Source: an uncultured Verrucomicrobia subdivision 3 bacterium (GTDB taxonomy: Bacteria; Verrucomicrobiota; Verrucomicrobiia; Limisphaerales; UBA11358). From it: 32,000 nt of DNA. The translations under genes and the position numbers were made by a program. Position 1 is the stretch's first letter; each line of letters opens with the position of its first letter. This document shows, piece by piece, positions 15,944 through 23,813 of this stretch. Location: NCBI GenBank assembly GCA_903936645.1, contig CAIZWI010000257.1:1-32000 (forward strand), written 5' to 3'. The notes beneath the pieces were generated by a model, which worked only from the letters and a program-made list of their open reading frames with translations, was not told the DNA's origin and did not search any database.

Positions 15944-15982
15944 AATGGCGAAAATTGGCGCGCGCGTCTTGTCTAATTGGCG
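15944..15982. promoter_or_regulatory. candidate operator: direct repeats AAT(T)GGCG in the divergent promoter region
   Basis: AATGGCG lies at 15944-15950, AATTGGCG at 15953-15960 and AATTGGCG at 15975-15982. The two perfect copies are 22 bp apart start to start. They sit between the epimerase start (15908) and the AraC-family start (16026). Confidence 0.3.
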
Positions 15983-16025
15983 AGCCTCGACTATTATTTC
16001 GGCATAAGGTAGCAATTGATTGTGC

Positions 16026-16847
16026 ATGACCCGGCCGCGCGCTGACATTAAATTTTTCTCCCAACTGGCGGAGCCCTTTACGGGCGAGGCGTTGTTTGAC
16101 TGCCTGGCGGACACGGTATTTTTCATTAAAAATCAGCGGGGGGAATATGTGGTGGTGAACCAGACGCTGGTGGCGCGGTGCGGCCGCCGCAACAAACTCG
16201 AACTATTGGGGCGGCGCGCGGACCAAGTGTTTCCCGCGCCATTTGGCACGAGTTACCGGGCGCAGGACGAGCGGGTGCTGCGCGGTGGCGGGGTGATCCG
16301 CAACCAGTTGGAGTTGCACTTCTACACGACGGGCGGGCGGGGCTGGTGCCTGACCAACAAACTGCCACTGTATAATCACGCGGGGAAAGTGGCCGGGCTG
16401 GTGGGGATTTCCCGGGACTTGCAGGCGGTGAACGAGGGCAGCGAGGATTATTCCAGCATCGCCCGGGTGGTGGGTTACATGCAGACGCGGTTTGAGGAGC
16501 CGCTGCGGGTGCGGGACCTGGCGAAAACAGCGGGGCTCTCGCCCTTCCAATTGGAACAGCGGCTGCGCAAAATCTTTCAACTGACGGCGGGGCAGTTGAT
16601 CCAAAAAATCCGGATGGATCATGCGGTGGAGCGGCTGCTGAGCACGGACGAGGCGATTGCGGAAATTGGCCTGCGCTGCGGATACTCGGATCAAAGTGCC
16701 TTTACCCGGCAGTTTCGCAAGGCGAGCGGGCTGTCGCCGCTGGAATACCGGAGGACGTTTGCGGTGGAAGGAGAGAAGGCAAACTTCAAAATCCAAACTT
16801 CAAAATCCAGAGAATATTCAAGCTTCAATATTCAATCCTCATCATGA
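16026..16847 (+). CDS. PAS-domain AraC-family transcriptional regulator
   Basis: The N-terminal PAS-like sensor reads [30 protein letters not shown]...[11 protein letters not shown]...[26 protein letters not shown]. The C-terminal AraC HTH pair reads [25 protein letters not shown]...[33 protein letters not shown]. Confidence 0.85.
   Translation: MTRPRADIKFFSQLAEPFTGEALFDCLADTVFFIKNQRGEYVVVNQTLVARCGRRNKLELLGRRADQVFPAPFGTSYRAQDERVLRGGGVIRNQLELHFYTTGGRGWCLTNKLPLYNHAGKVAGLVGISRDLQAVNEGSEDYSSIARVVGYMQTRFEEPLRVRDLAKTAGLSPFQLEQRLRKIFQLTAGQLIQKIRMDHAVERLLSTDEAIAEIGLRCGYSDQSAFTRQFRKASGLSPLEYRRTFAVEGEKANFKIQTSKSREYSSFNIQSSS
16780..16843 (+). repeat. CAA-rich dispersed repeat, copy B
   Basis: CAAACTTCAAAATC is perfectly duplicated in tandem (16780-16793 and 16794-16807). 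It is followed by ...TTCAAGCTTCAATATTCAATCC, which is homologous to copy A. The repeat encodes the low-complexity tail ([22 protein letters not shown]) of the AraC ORF. Confidence 0.6.
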
Positions 16848-19561
16848 AACATACCGAGATGGTGAAATTTCCAACGGCCGTTGGCCTTCCCCTCACCCCG
16901 GCTCTCTCCCTTGGGGATCCGCCGTCGCTAAAGCTATGGCGGACGGGAAAAGGGAATGTTTCGCCGTTAGCAGGCCAGGCGGCGAGGAAATTCGTCGGAC
17001 GGTTTTATGTGGTTATCTGGTTATGGGCGAGCCTCACAAACGTCCACGCGCAGGAGGGCGGGGGCAATGGGGCGCGGGGGATTTATCGGGACCGGATTGA
17101 GCCGCACTGGTTTACGCAAGGCACGGACACGAACAGTGGTTTCTGGTACCGGCTGAATTTCGCGGGGGACAAACGGGAGTTTGTGCGGGTGGATGCGGTG
17201 AAGGGCACGCGGGCGCCGGCGTTTGATCACGGACGGGTGGCGCGGGCGCTGACCGAGTTGTTGCACCATCCGGTTCAGGCCGATTACCTGCCGGTGGAAT
17301 CGCTGACGTTTGCCCCGGATGGCAGCTCCGTGGTGCTGCACGGGGCGGGCGAGGATTGGACGCTGGATTTAGCGCATTACATGGTGTCGGACCGAGCGGC
17401 GAACCACGATGACGGGGCAGTGCTTACCCCGCTGGAGCAGGTGCATCCCTCGGCGGCGGAAGGCGAGGATACGACCATTATGCTGGTGAATCACCGGAAG
17501 GAGGCGGTCCGGGTGTATTGGGTAAACCCAGAGGGGGAGCAGATTGAATATGGGCGGCTGGAGGCGGGGGAGCGCCGGGAGCAGCACACGTTTACCGGGC
17601 ATGTCTGGCTGATCACAAGCCTGGCGGGGCGGCACTTGGGGGTGTTTGAGGCGGGGGCGAAAGCAAGCCTGGCGGTGGTGGAACCCCGCATGAGCGGCCC
17701 AGCCGCAGCGGTGCGACCCGCCCGCCGGCCGGCGGCGCCGGATTTTCGTTCGCCGGATGGCCGGTGGGATGCGGTGGTGCATCAGCACGATTTGTTTCTC
17801 CGGGAAGTGGCCACGGGCAAGGAATGGCCGCTGACCACAGGCGCGACGGAAACGAACAGTTATGCGCGGAACGAGGAATTTGCGCGCAGCATTGACATGG
17901 ATTATGAGCATGCGGATCCCACGGAGGCAACGGCGGAGGTTTATTGGTCGCCCGATTCGACCAAGGTGGTGGCGATGTGCCGGAAGCCGGGAACCAAGCG
18001 CCGGGTGTATTTAATCGAGTCCTCGCCGGAGGACCAGTTGCAACCCAAGCTGGCGTCGTACCCGTATCTCAAGCCCGGCGATGACGTGCCCATCCGCAAG
18101 CCGCATTTGTTTGACGTGATGACCCGGCAGGAAATTCCGGTGGCGGACACGCTCTTTCCCAATCCCTGGTCCACGGACGACCTGCGGTGGAGCGCGGACA
18201 GCCGCCGGTTCACCTTTGTGTACAATCAACGCGGGCATCAGGTACTGCGGATTCTGGGGGTGGAGGCCGCGACGGGAACGGTGAAGGCCATCGTGGATGA
18301 GCACAGTCCGACGTTTATTTGTTATTCCTCCAAATATTTGGCGGAATACCTGGAGGACACGGACGAGATCATCTGGATGTCGGAGCGCGATGGCTGGAAT
18401 CATTTGTATTTGTATGATGCCCAGAGCGGGCTGGTGAAAAACCAGATTACGAAGGGGGAATGGGTGGTGCGCAAGGTGGTGCAGGTGGATCGGGAACAGC
18501 GGCAGCTCTGGTTTGAGGCAGGCGGCATCCGGCCGGGTCAGGATCCGTATTATCTGCATTTGTGCCGGGTGAATTTTGATGGCACCGGCCTGGTGGTGCT
18601 GACCGAGGGTGACGGCACGCACACCGAGGCATTTTCGCCGGACCGGCGCTGGTTCATTGACACGTGGTCGCGGGTGGATTGTCCGCCGGTGAATGAATTG
18701 CGCCGGAGTTCTGATGGTCATTTGATGTGCGACCTGGAACGTGCCGACGTGCGGGAGTGGCAGGCGGCCGGGGGCCAGTTTCCGGAGCGCTTTGTGGCCA
18801 AGGGGCGGGACGGGGTGACGGATATTTACGGGGTGATCTGGCGGCCGAAGGCGTTCCACTGGTTCAGCAAATACCCGGTGATCGAGGATATTTACGCGGG
18901 GCCGCAGGATGCCTTTGTGCCCAAGAATTTCCACGCGCATTACAACGCCCAGCGGCTGGCCAACCGGGGGTTTGTGGTGGTGCAAATGGATGGCCAGGGG
19001 ACTTCCAACCGGTCGAAGAAGTTTCATGATTACTGCTGGCAAAACCTGGCAGACGCGGGGTTTCCTGACCGGATGGCGTGGATTCGCGCGGCGGCGGCGC
19101 GTTATCGGGCGCTGGATTTGTCGCGCGTGGGGCTGTACGGTACGTCGGCGGGCGGGCAGGATGCGCTGCGGGGTCTGCTGGACCACGGGGACTTTTACCG
19201 GGCGGGGGTGGCGGATTCCGGCTGCCATGACAACCGCATGGACAAGATTTGGTGGAACGAGCAATGGCTGGGCTGGCCGGTGGGCGACGCTTATGTGCAC
19301 AGTTCCAACGTGGTGGATGCGCCCAAGCTCCAGGGCGCCCTGCTGCTCATGTATGGGGAAATGGATCGCAACGTGGATCCTGCGAGCACGCTGCAGGTGG
19401 TGAATGCGCTGATCAAGGCCGGTAAAAATTTTGAACTGCTGGCGGTGCCGGGCGCGGGCCATGGGATTGCCGGCCTCCCGTATGGGCAGTTGCGGATAGA
19501 GGATTTTTTTGTGCGGCATTTTCTGGCGGGCGGCGGCACGAGCGCAGGTTTCGCGCACTAA
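16844..19561 (+). CDS. S9-family serine peptidase, dipeptidyl-peptidase IV-like (S9B), with an internal VHL-beta-like module
   Basis: The DPP-IV-type propeller region reads FRSPDGRW...YWSPDS...LRWSADSRRF...WMSERDGWNHLYLY. A possible double-Glu motif is YARNEEF. The catalytic Ser is in GLYGTSAGG, Asp in YGEMDRNV and His in GAGHGI. The start is uncertain: the signal-peptide-like RKFVGRFYVVIWLWASLTNVHAQE begins at residue ~48 counted from ATG 16844, and an alternative GTG lies at 17009. Confidence 0.85.
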   Translation: MKHTEMVKFPTAVGLPLTPALSLGDPPSLKLWRTGKGNVSPLAGQAARKFVGRFYVVIWLWASLTNVHAQEGGGNGARGIYRDRIEPHWFTQGTDTNSGFWYRLNFAGDKREFVRVDAVKGTRAPAFDHGRVARALTELLHHPVQADYLPVESLTFAPDGSSVVLHGAGEDWTLDLAHYMVSDRAANHDDGAVLTPLEQVHPSAAEGEDTTIMLVNHRKEAVRVYWVNPEGEQIEYGRLEAGERREQHTFTGHVWLITSLAGRHLGVFEAGAKASLAVVEPRMSGPAAAVRPARRPAAPDFRSPDGRWDAVVHQHDLFLREVATGKEWPLTTGATETNSYARNEEFARSIDMDYEHADPTEATAEVYWSPDSTKVVAMCRKPGTKRRVYLIESSPEDQLQPKLASYPYLKPGDDVPIRKPHLFDVMTRQEIPVADTLFPNPWSTDDLRWSADSRRFTFVYNQRGHQVLRILGVEAATGTVKAIVDEHSPTFICYSSKYLAEYLEDTDEIIWMSERDGWNHLYLYDAQSGLVKNQITKGEWVVRKVVQVDREQRQLWFEAGGIRPGQDPYYLHLCRVNFDGTGLVVLTEGDGTHTEAFSPDRRWFIDTWSRVDCPPVNELRRSSDGHLMCDLERADVREWQAAGGQFPERFVAKGRDGVTDIYGVIWRPKAFHWFSKYPVIEDIYAGPQDAFVPKNFHAHYNAQRLANRGFVVVQMDGQGTSNRSKKFHDYCWQNLADAGFPDRMAWIRAAAARYRALDLSRVGLYGTSAGGQDALRGLLDHGDFYRAGVADSGCHDNRMDKIWWNEQWLGWPVGDAYVHSSNVVDAPKLQGALLLMYGEMDRNVDPASTLQVVNALIKAGKNFELLAVPGAGHGIAGLPYGQLRIEDFFVRHFLAGGGTSAGFAH
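16871..16955 (+). other. structured segment: a perfect 14-nt palindrome plus an extended imperfect hairpin
   Basis: CCAACGGCCGTTGG lies at 16871-16884. The hairpin is TCCCTT(16907-12)..TCCGCC(16918-23)..loop..GGCGGA(16938-43)..AAGGGA(16950-55). It lies between the AraC stop and the peptidase signal-peptide-like segment. Confidence 0.45.
17456..17683 (+). other. VHL beta-domain-like module (residues ~205-280 of the peptidase)
   Basis: MLVNHRKEAVRVYWVNPEGEQIEYGRLEAGERREQHTFTGHVWLITS aligns without gaps to human pVHL 75-121, [47 protein letters not shown] (15/47 identical). The human sequence was recalled from memory. Confidence 0.6.
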
Positions 19562-19573
19562 GGCATAAGAATT

Positions 19574-21349
19574 ATGAAGTTCATCAGCATTTGCGGGATG
19601 TTTATCGCGCTGGCGTTGCCGGCGGGGGCGGGCACTCCAGCCGCGGCCGAGGGGAATAAGCTGACCGCGTATTTCCAGACGTATCTGGACGAAAACTTGC
19701 GCCAGCATCCGACGGATGCCTCGGGGCTGGGGGACCACCGCTTCGACGCGGCGCTGGAAGACATTTCCCCGGCGGCGCGGGCGGGCTGGGTGACTCTGGC
19801 AAAGCAAACGCTGGCGGAGCTGCCAAAACGGGTGGCTTACCAGGCGCTGTCGCGGGATGGCCAGATCGATTACGAAATTTTCCAGCACCAATTGCAAACG
19901 GAGCTGTGGCTGGCGAAAAACAGCCATCCCTTTGAGGAAGACCCGCGCACTTACGGCAGCTATTTGAATGACAGTGTTTATGGGTTGCTGACGCAATCGA
20001 CGCTGCCGCGGGAAACGAATGTGGCCCATTGCCTGGCCCGCATGGCGCAGTTTCCCCGGATTATTGCCACGGCCAAGGCCACCTTAACGCATCCGCCGCT
20101 GCCGATCTTGGAGACCGCCATACGGCAGAACCAGGGGGCGATCGGGTTTTACGAGGGGGATTTGTTTCAACTGGCGGGCGACACGGCGCAATTGGCCGGG
20201 TTAAAAGCGGCGGCGGCCGAGGTGGTCAGGGAGCTCAAGGATTACCAGGCGTTTCTCGAAGGGCCGCTGCGCGCCCGGGCCAATGGCGAATGGCGGCTGG
20301 GCCCGAAGAAATTCAAGGCGAAGCTGGACCTGGTGCTGGAGGCGGGGGAAAGTGCGGACGAAGTCCTGGCGGATGCGCGGGCGGAATTTGACCGGGTGCA
20401 ACGCGATCTCTACGTGGTTTCGCGGCAATTATGGAGCCAGTATTATCCGGCGGTGAATTTTCCGCCGGACGATGCGGCCGGCCGCCGGGAAACGATTACC
20501 CGGGTCATCCAGGCCGTGGACCAGGAACACGGCCAGCCGGAGGAATTGATCAACGAAGCGCGCGCCACGGTGACGGACATCAAACAATTCATTCACGCTC
20601 ATCATTACCTGAACCTGCCGGAGCCGGATCACTGCCAGGTGATAGAAATGCCGGAATTTCGCCGGGGCAACTCGCTGGCGTACCTGGCCCCCGCCCCGCC
20701 GCTCGACCCGGCGGCCGACAGTTTTTATGCGGTGAGTCCGCCGCCGGCCGACTGGACCCCGGCGCAAAAGACCAGTTTCCTGGAGGAATACAACCGGCAC
20801 ATGCTGAAGATCCTGACGATTCACGAGGCGTACCCGGGGCATTACGTGCAGCTCAACCGGGCGAATCAAAATCCCTCGCTGATCCGGCGCGTTTACCAAT
20901 CGGGTCCGTTCGTGGAGGGCTGGGCGGTTTACGGGGAGATCACGATGTTGAACGAGGGGTTTGGGCAGGGCGATTTGCGTCTGCGCCTGATGCAGCTCAA
21001 GTTCTACCTGCGCGCGGTGGCCAATGCGATACTGGATCACCAAATGCACTGCACGGAGCTGACGGATGCGGAGGCGATGCAATTTTTGGTGCGGGAGGCT
21101 TATCAATCCGAGGGCGAGGCCAAGTTGAAAGTGATTCGCGCCAAGCAAAGTTCGACCCAGTTAAGCACCTATTTTGTGGGGCGCATGGCGCATTACCGTT
21201 TGCACCAGCAAATGGAGCGCGAACTCGGGGCGCAATTTGATCTCAGCAAATACCACGAAGCGGTGCTCGCCAGTGGTTCGGTGCCCGTAAAATACCTGCC
21301 GGAACTCGTGCACCGCCGGCTTAACCCAAACCCCCAAACAACCCCATGA
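19574..21349 (+). CDS. DUF885-family protein (putative zinc metallopeptidase)
   Basis: The signal peptide is MKFISICGMFIALALPAGAG. The family-typical motif HEAYPGHY lies at about 20822-20845, followed by EGWAVYGE. The gene starts 12 nt after the peptidase stop. Confidence 0.8.
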   Translation: MKFISICGMFIALALPAGAGTPAAAEGNKLTAYFQTYLDENLRQHPTDASGLGDHRFDAALEDISPAARAGWVTLAKQTLAELPKRVAYQALSRDGQIDYEIFQHQLQTELWLAKNSHPFEEDPRTYGSYLNDSVYGLLTQSTLPRETNVAHCLARMAQFPRIIATAKATLTHPPLPILETAIRQNQGAIGFYEGDLFQLAGDTAQLAGLKAAAAEVVRELKDYQAFLEGPLRARANGEWRLGPKKFKAKLDLVLEAGESADEVLADARAEFDRVQRDLYVVSRQLWSQYYPAVNFPPDDAAGRRETITRVIQAVDQEHGQPEELINEARATVTDIKQFIHAHHYLNLPEPDHCQVIEMPEFRRGNSLAYLAPAPPLDPAADSFYAVSPPPADWTPAQKTSFLEEYNRHMLKILTIHEAYPGHYVQLNRANQNPSLIRRVYQSGPFVEGWAVYGEITMLNEGFGQGDLRLRLMQLKFYLRAVANAILDHQMHCTELTDAEAMQFLVREAYQSEGEAKLKVIRAKQSSTQLSTYFVGRMAHYRLHQQMERELGAQFDLSKYHEAVLASGSVPVKYLPELVHRRLNPNPQTTP

Positions 21350-22830
21350 CCACCGCTCCTGCCACCCCCGCCATCCCCGCCAAAGCCCATCCCCGCGGGC
21401 TCGCCACGCTGTTCTTCACCGAGATGTGGGAGCGGTTTAGTTATTACGGCATGCGCGCGCTGCTGGTGCTGTTCATGGTGGATGGCGCCCACGGCGGGCT
21501 GGGCATGACGGACCAAACGGCGACGGCGGTTTACGGCATTTACACGGCGTGCGTGTACCTCATGGCCCTGCCCGGCGGCTGGCTGGCGGACCGGATTTTG
21601 GGGGCGCAACGGGCCGTGTGGTACGGGGGGATTATTATTGCGCTGGGGCATTTCACGCTGGCCCTGCCCTTTCACTCCTCGTTTTATGTCGGGCTGATTC
21701 TGGTGGTGGTGGGGAGCGGCATCCTCAAGCCGAACATGACCTCCATGGTGGCGGATTTGTATCCCGAAGGCGGGTCGCGCCGGGACGCGGGGTTCACGAT
21801 TTTTTACATGGGCGTGAATTTGGGAGCGACCGTTGGACCGTTGATTTGCAGTTATCTGGGCGAGCATGTGAACTGGCACTATGGGTTTGGCGCGGCGGGT
21901 GTGGGGATGGTGTTGGGGCTGATCCAATTTCGGCTGACGCGGCAGGCGCTGGGCACGGCGGGCACGCGGCGGGGCAATGACCGGCCGTTGAATGCGGTGG
22001 AACGCTGGGGCATGATCGGCCTGGTGGCGGGGGTGGTCACCTTGCTGGGGTTGTGCCTGGGAGGCGTCGTGAGCGTGGATCCGGCTAGCATTGCCCATGC
22101 CATGACGAAGGTGATTGTGGGCATCGCCGCGCTGTTCTTCATATCGGTGTTCGTATTTGGCGGACTCAGCAGCGTGGAGAAACAACGCATGGGGGTGATT
22201 GTGGTGTTGTTTATCGCCTCGGCCATGTTCTGGGCAGGATTCGAACAGGCGGGCTCGTCCTTCAACCTCTTTGCGGAACGGTACACCGACCGGCAGCTCT
22301 CGTGGGTGCATTTTACCATTCCGGCGGGCTGGTTTCAGACATTGAACCCCATCTTTATTATTACCTTCGCGCCGTTCATGGCGTGGCTCTGGGTGCGGCT
22401 GGCCGTGCGGAATCTGGACCCGTCGATCCCGGTGAAATTTGCGTTTGGCTTGCTGCTGCTGGCGGGGGGTTTTCTGGTGATGACGGGCGCGGCCAAGGTG
22501 GTGGCGGCCGGGCACCTGGCCCTGCCCGGCTGGTTGCTGGCGACGTATTTCATTCACACGTTTGCGGAATTGTGCCTGAGCCCGGTGGGCTTAAGCTCGG
22601 TCACCAAGTTATCCCCGCGCAAATATGTGGGCCAGATGGTGGGCATCTGGTTTCTGGCGACATCCTTGGGAAATCTGATTGCCGGTCTGCTGGCGGGCGG
22701 GTTCAGCGCGGATCATTTGGAAGCGTGGCCGGGGCTCTACTTCAACATCGCCCTGATGCCGGCCATAGCCGGGGTGCTGCTGCTGGTGTGCGCCCGGCCG
22801 GTGAAAAAATGGATGGAAGGCGTGGTCTGA
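21346..22830 (+). CDS. POT/PTR2-family proton-dependent di/tripeptide transporter
   Basis: The PTR2 signature is present: LATLFFTEMWERFSYYGMRALLVLFM...GGWLADRILG...GHFTLAL. The ORF is a 494-aa polytopic protein. Its start overlaps the DUF885 stop (ATGA). Confidence 0.9.
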   Translation: MTTAPATPAIPAKAHPRGLATLFFTEMWERFSYYGMRALLVLFMVDGAHGGLGMTDQTATAVYGIYTACVYLMALPGGWLADRILGAQRAVWYGGIIIALGHFTLALPFHSSFYVGLILVVVGSGILKPNMTSMVADLYPEGGSRRDAGFTIFYMGVNLGATVGPLICSYLGEHVNWHYGFGAAGVGMVLGLIQFRLTRQALGTAGTRRGNDRPLNAVERWGMIGLVAGVVTLLGLCLGGVVSVDPASIAHAMTKVIVGIAALFFISVFVFGGLSSVEKQRMGVIVVLFIASAMFWAGFEQAGSSFNLFAERYTDRQLSWVHFTIPAGWFQTLNPIFIITFAPFMAWLWVRLAVRNLDPSIPVKFAFGLLLLAGGFLVMTGAAKVVAAGHLALPGWLLATYFIHTFAELCLSPVGLSSVTKLSPRKYVGQMVGIWFLATSLGNLIAGLLAGGFSADHLEAWPGLYFNIALMPAIAGVLLLVCARPVKKWMEGVV

Positions 22831-22939
22831 CGCGGGGTGAGGCTGGTGGAACCGCCCGGGTTCAAGAGCCGGGGCGCGGCCCAACGGCCATGCCGCAGTC
22901 GCTTGCCCACAGCGGGCACTGGGGGGGACCCCAAGCCCG

Positions 22940-23737
22940 TCAAGGGGCCTTGTTGTTGTCATCCATGCCCATGTTCCAAACGTCCAGGAAACGGGTGATC
23001 TTCACCCACTCCACGTGGCCGTCACAGAAATTCATGCACGTGCCTGAGGATCCATGATTATTATCGGGATCCGGCCAGTTGTTGTGCAAGCTGCCGCCAA
23101 CGGAGGCGGTGTCATCGCCATCGGCCATGAGGAGAATGCGGGAAGGACCGGGCCGGGTGCCAGGCTGATACAACACGTTCGCGTAGCCGGTCAGGGAGTG
23201 CTCGGTTTTTTTCTCGCCGGTGCCGCTAAAGACCCCAAATATTTCATAGCTGGTGCCATAATTTTTGGTGTTTACCGCGTTGTTAGCCAAATCGACCACA
23301 ACGCGCTCGGTGGCGGATTGGGGCTTTAAGGCGGTGGTGGGCCGAATGGAATTCTCAGTCGCAGGGCAGCAATAACAACCGAAATTTCTGATGTAATTGG
23401 GATACAACCAGTTCGCATCGTCATCCCCCCCGGAGCGATCGCTTTTGGGGGTGGGAACGAAGGTGGGGGGGTTCCAGGTGGCCCCGCTCAAATTTCCATT
23501 ATTGTCATCGGCATAGAGGACGCTTCCCAAATCCAGTTGTTTGAGGTTGCTGAGACACCCGGTTTTTTTGGCGGCGGCTTTGGCCCGGGCCAGGGCGGGA
23601 AGCAGCATGGCGGCCAAAATGGCGATAATGGCGATCACCACCAGCAATTCAATGAGCGTAAAAGCCCGGTTTCGCGGGGACAATGACGTGGGCCGATGAC
23701 GGATTAGGATTGGGTTGTTGGGGGGCGGGGTGAACAT
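22940..23737 (-). CDS. prepilin-type N-terminal cleavage/methylation-domain protein with a C-terminal H-X9-DG-type motif (DUF1559-like pseudopilin)
   Basis: [30 protein letters not shown] is the type IV pilin-like leader and hydrophobic helix. The C-terminal motif reads [21 protein letters not shown]. The ATG at 23737 is preferred over the TTG at 23764. Confidence 0.85.
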   Translation of the reverse strand: MFTPPPNNPILIRHRPTSLSPRNRAFTLIELLVVIAIIAILAAMLLPALARAKAAAKKTGCLSNLKQLDLGSVLYADDNNGNLSGATWNPPTFVPTPKSDRSGGDDDANWLYPNYIRNFGCYCCPATENSIRPTTALKPQSATERVVVDLANNAVNTKNYGTSYEIFGVFSGTGEKKTEHSLTGYANVLYQPGTRPGPSRILLMADGDDTASVGGSLHNNWPDPDNNHGSSGTCMNFCDGHVEWVKITRFLDVWNMGMDDNNKAP

Positions 23738-23769
23738 AGTTGTTGGAGGAGGGCTGCGTAACAAGCAGG

Positions 23770-23795
23770 GCGGGCGGGGGTCACCCCCCGCCCGC
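23770..23795 (-). terminator. very stable GC hairpin between the giant gene and the pseudopilin-like gene (attenuator, terminator or processing site)
   Basis: GCGGGCGGGGG-TCAC-CCCCCGCCCGC is an 11-bp perfect stem with a 4-nt loop. It begins 19 nt after the giant-gene stop. The downstream minus-strand sequence CCTGCTTGTT is only weakly U-rich. Confidence 0.4.
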
Positions 23796-23813
23796 TGGCG
23801 AGCCGAGGTTTAA

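Noticed and set aside
18011-22557. Long minus-strand ORFs 18011..20029 (672 aa), 20429..21148 and 21193..22557 (454 aa)
   Set aside because: They are antisense to the S9 peptidase, DUF885 and POT genes. They are extremely R/P/H/Q-rich with no recognisable motifs, and the sense frames carry strong family signatures.
22856-22883. tRNA-like fragment: CCGGG-TTCAAGA-GCCGG followed by GGCGCGG-C-CCA
   Set aside because: The T-stem closing pair is a G-G mismatch (the C61 equivalent is missing). No complementary 5' acceptor strand (CCGCGCC) exists ~70 nt upstream, and no D or anticodon arms can be drawn. It lies just past the POT stop. It is a chance resemblance.
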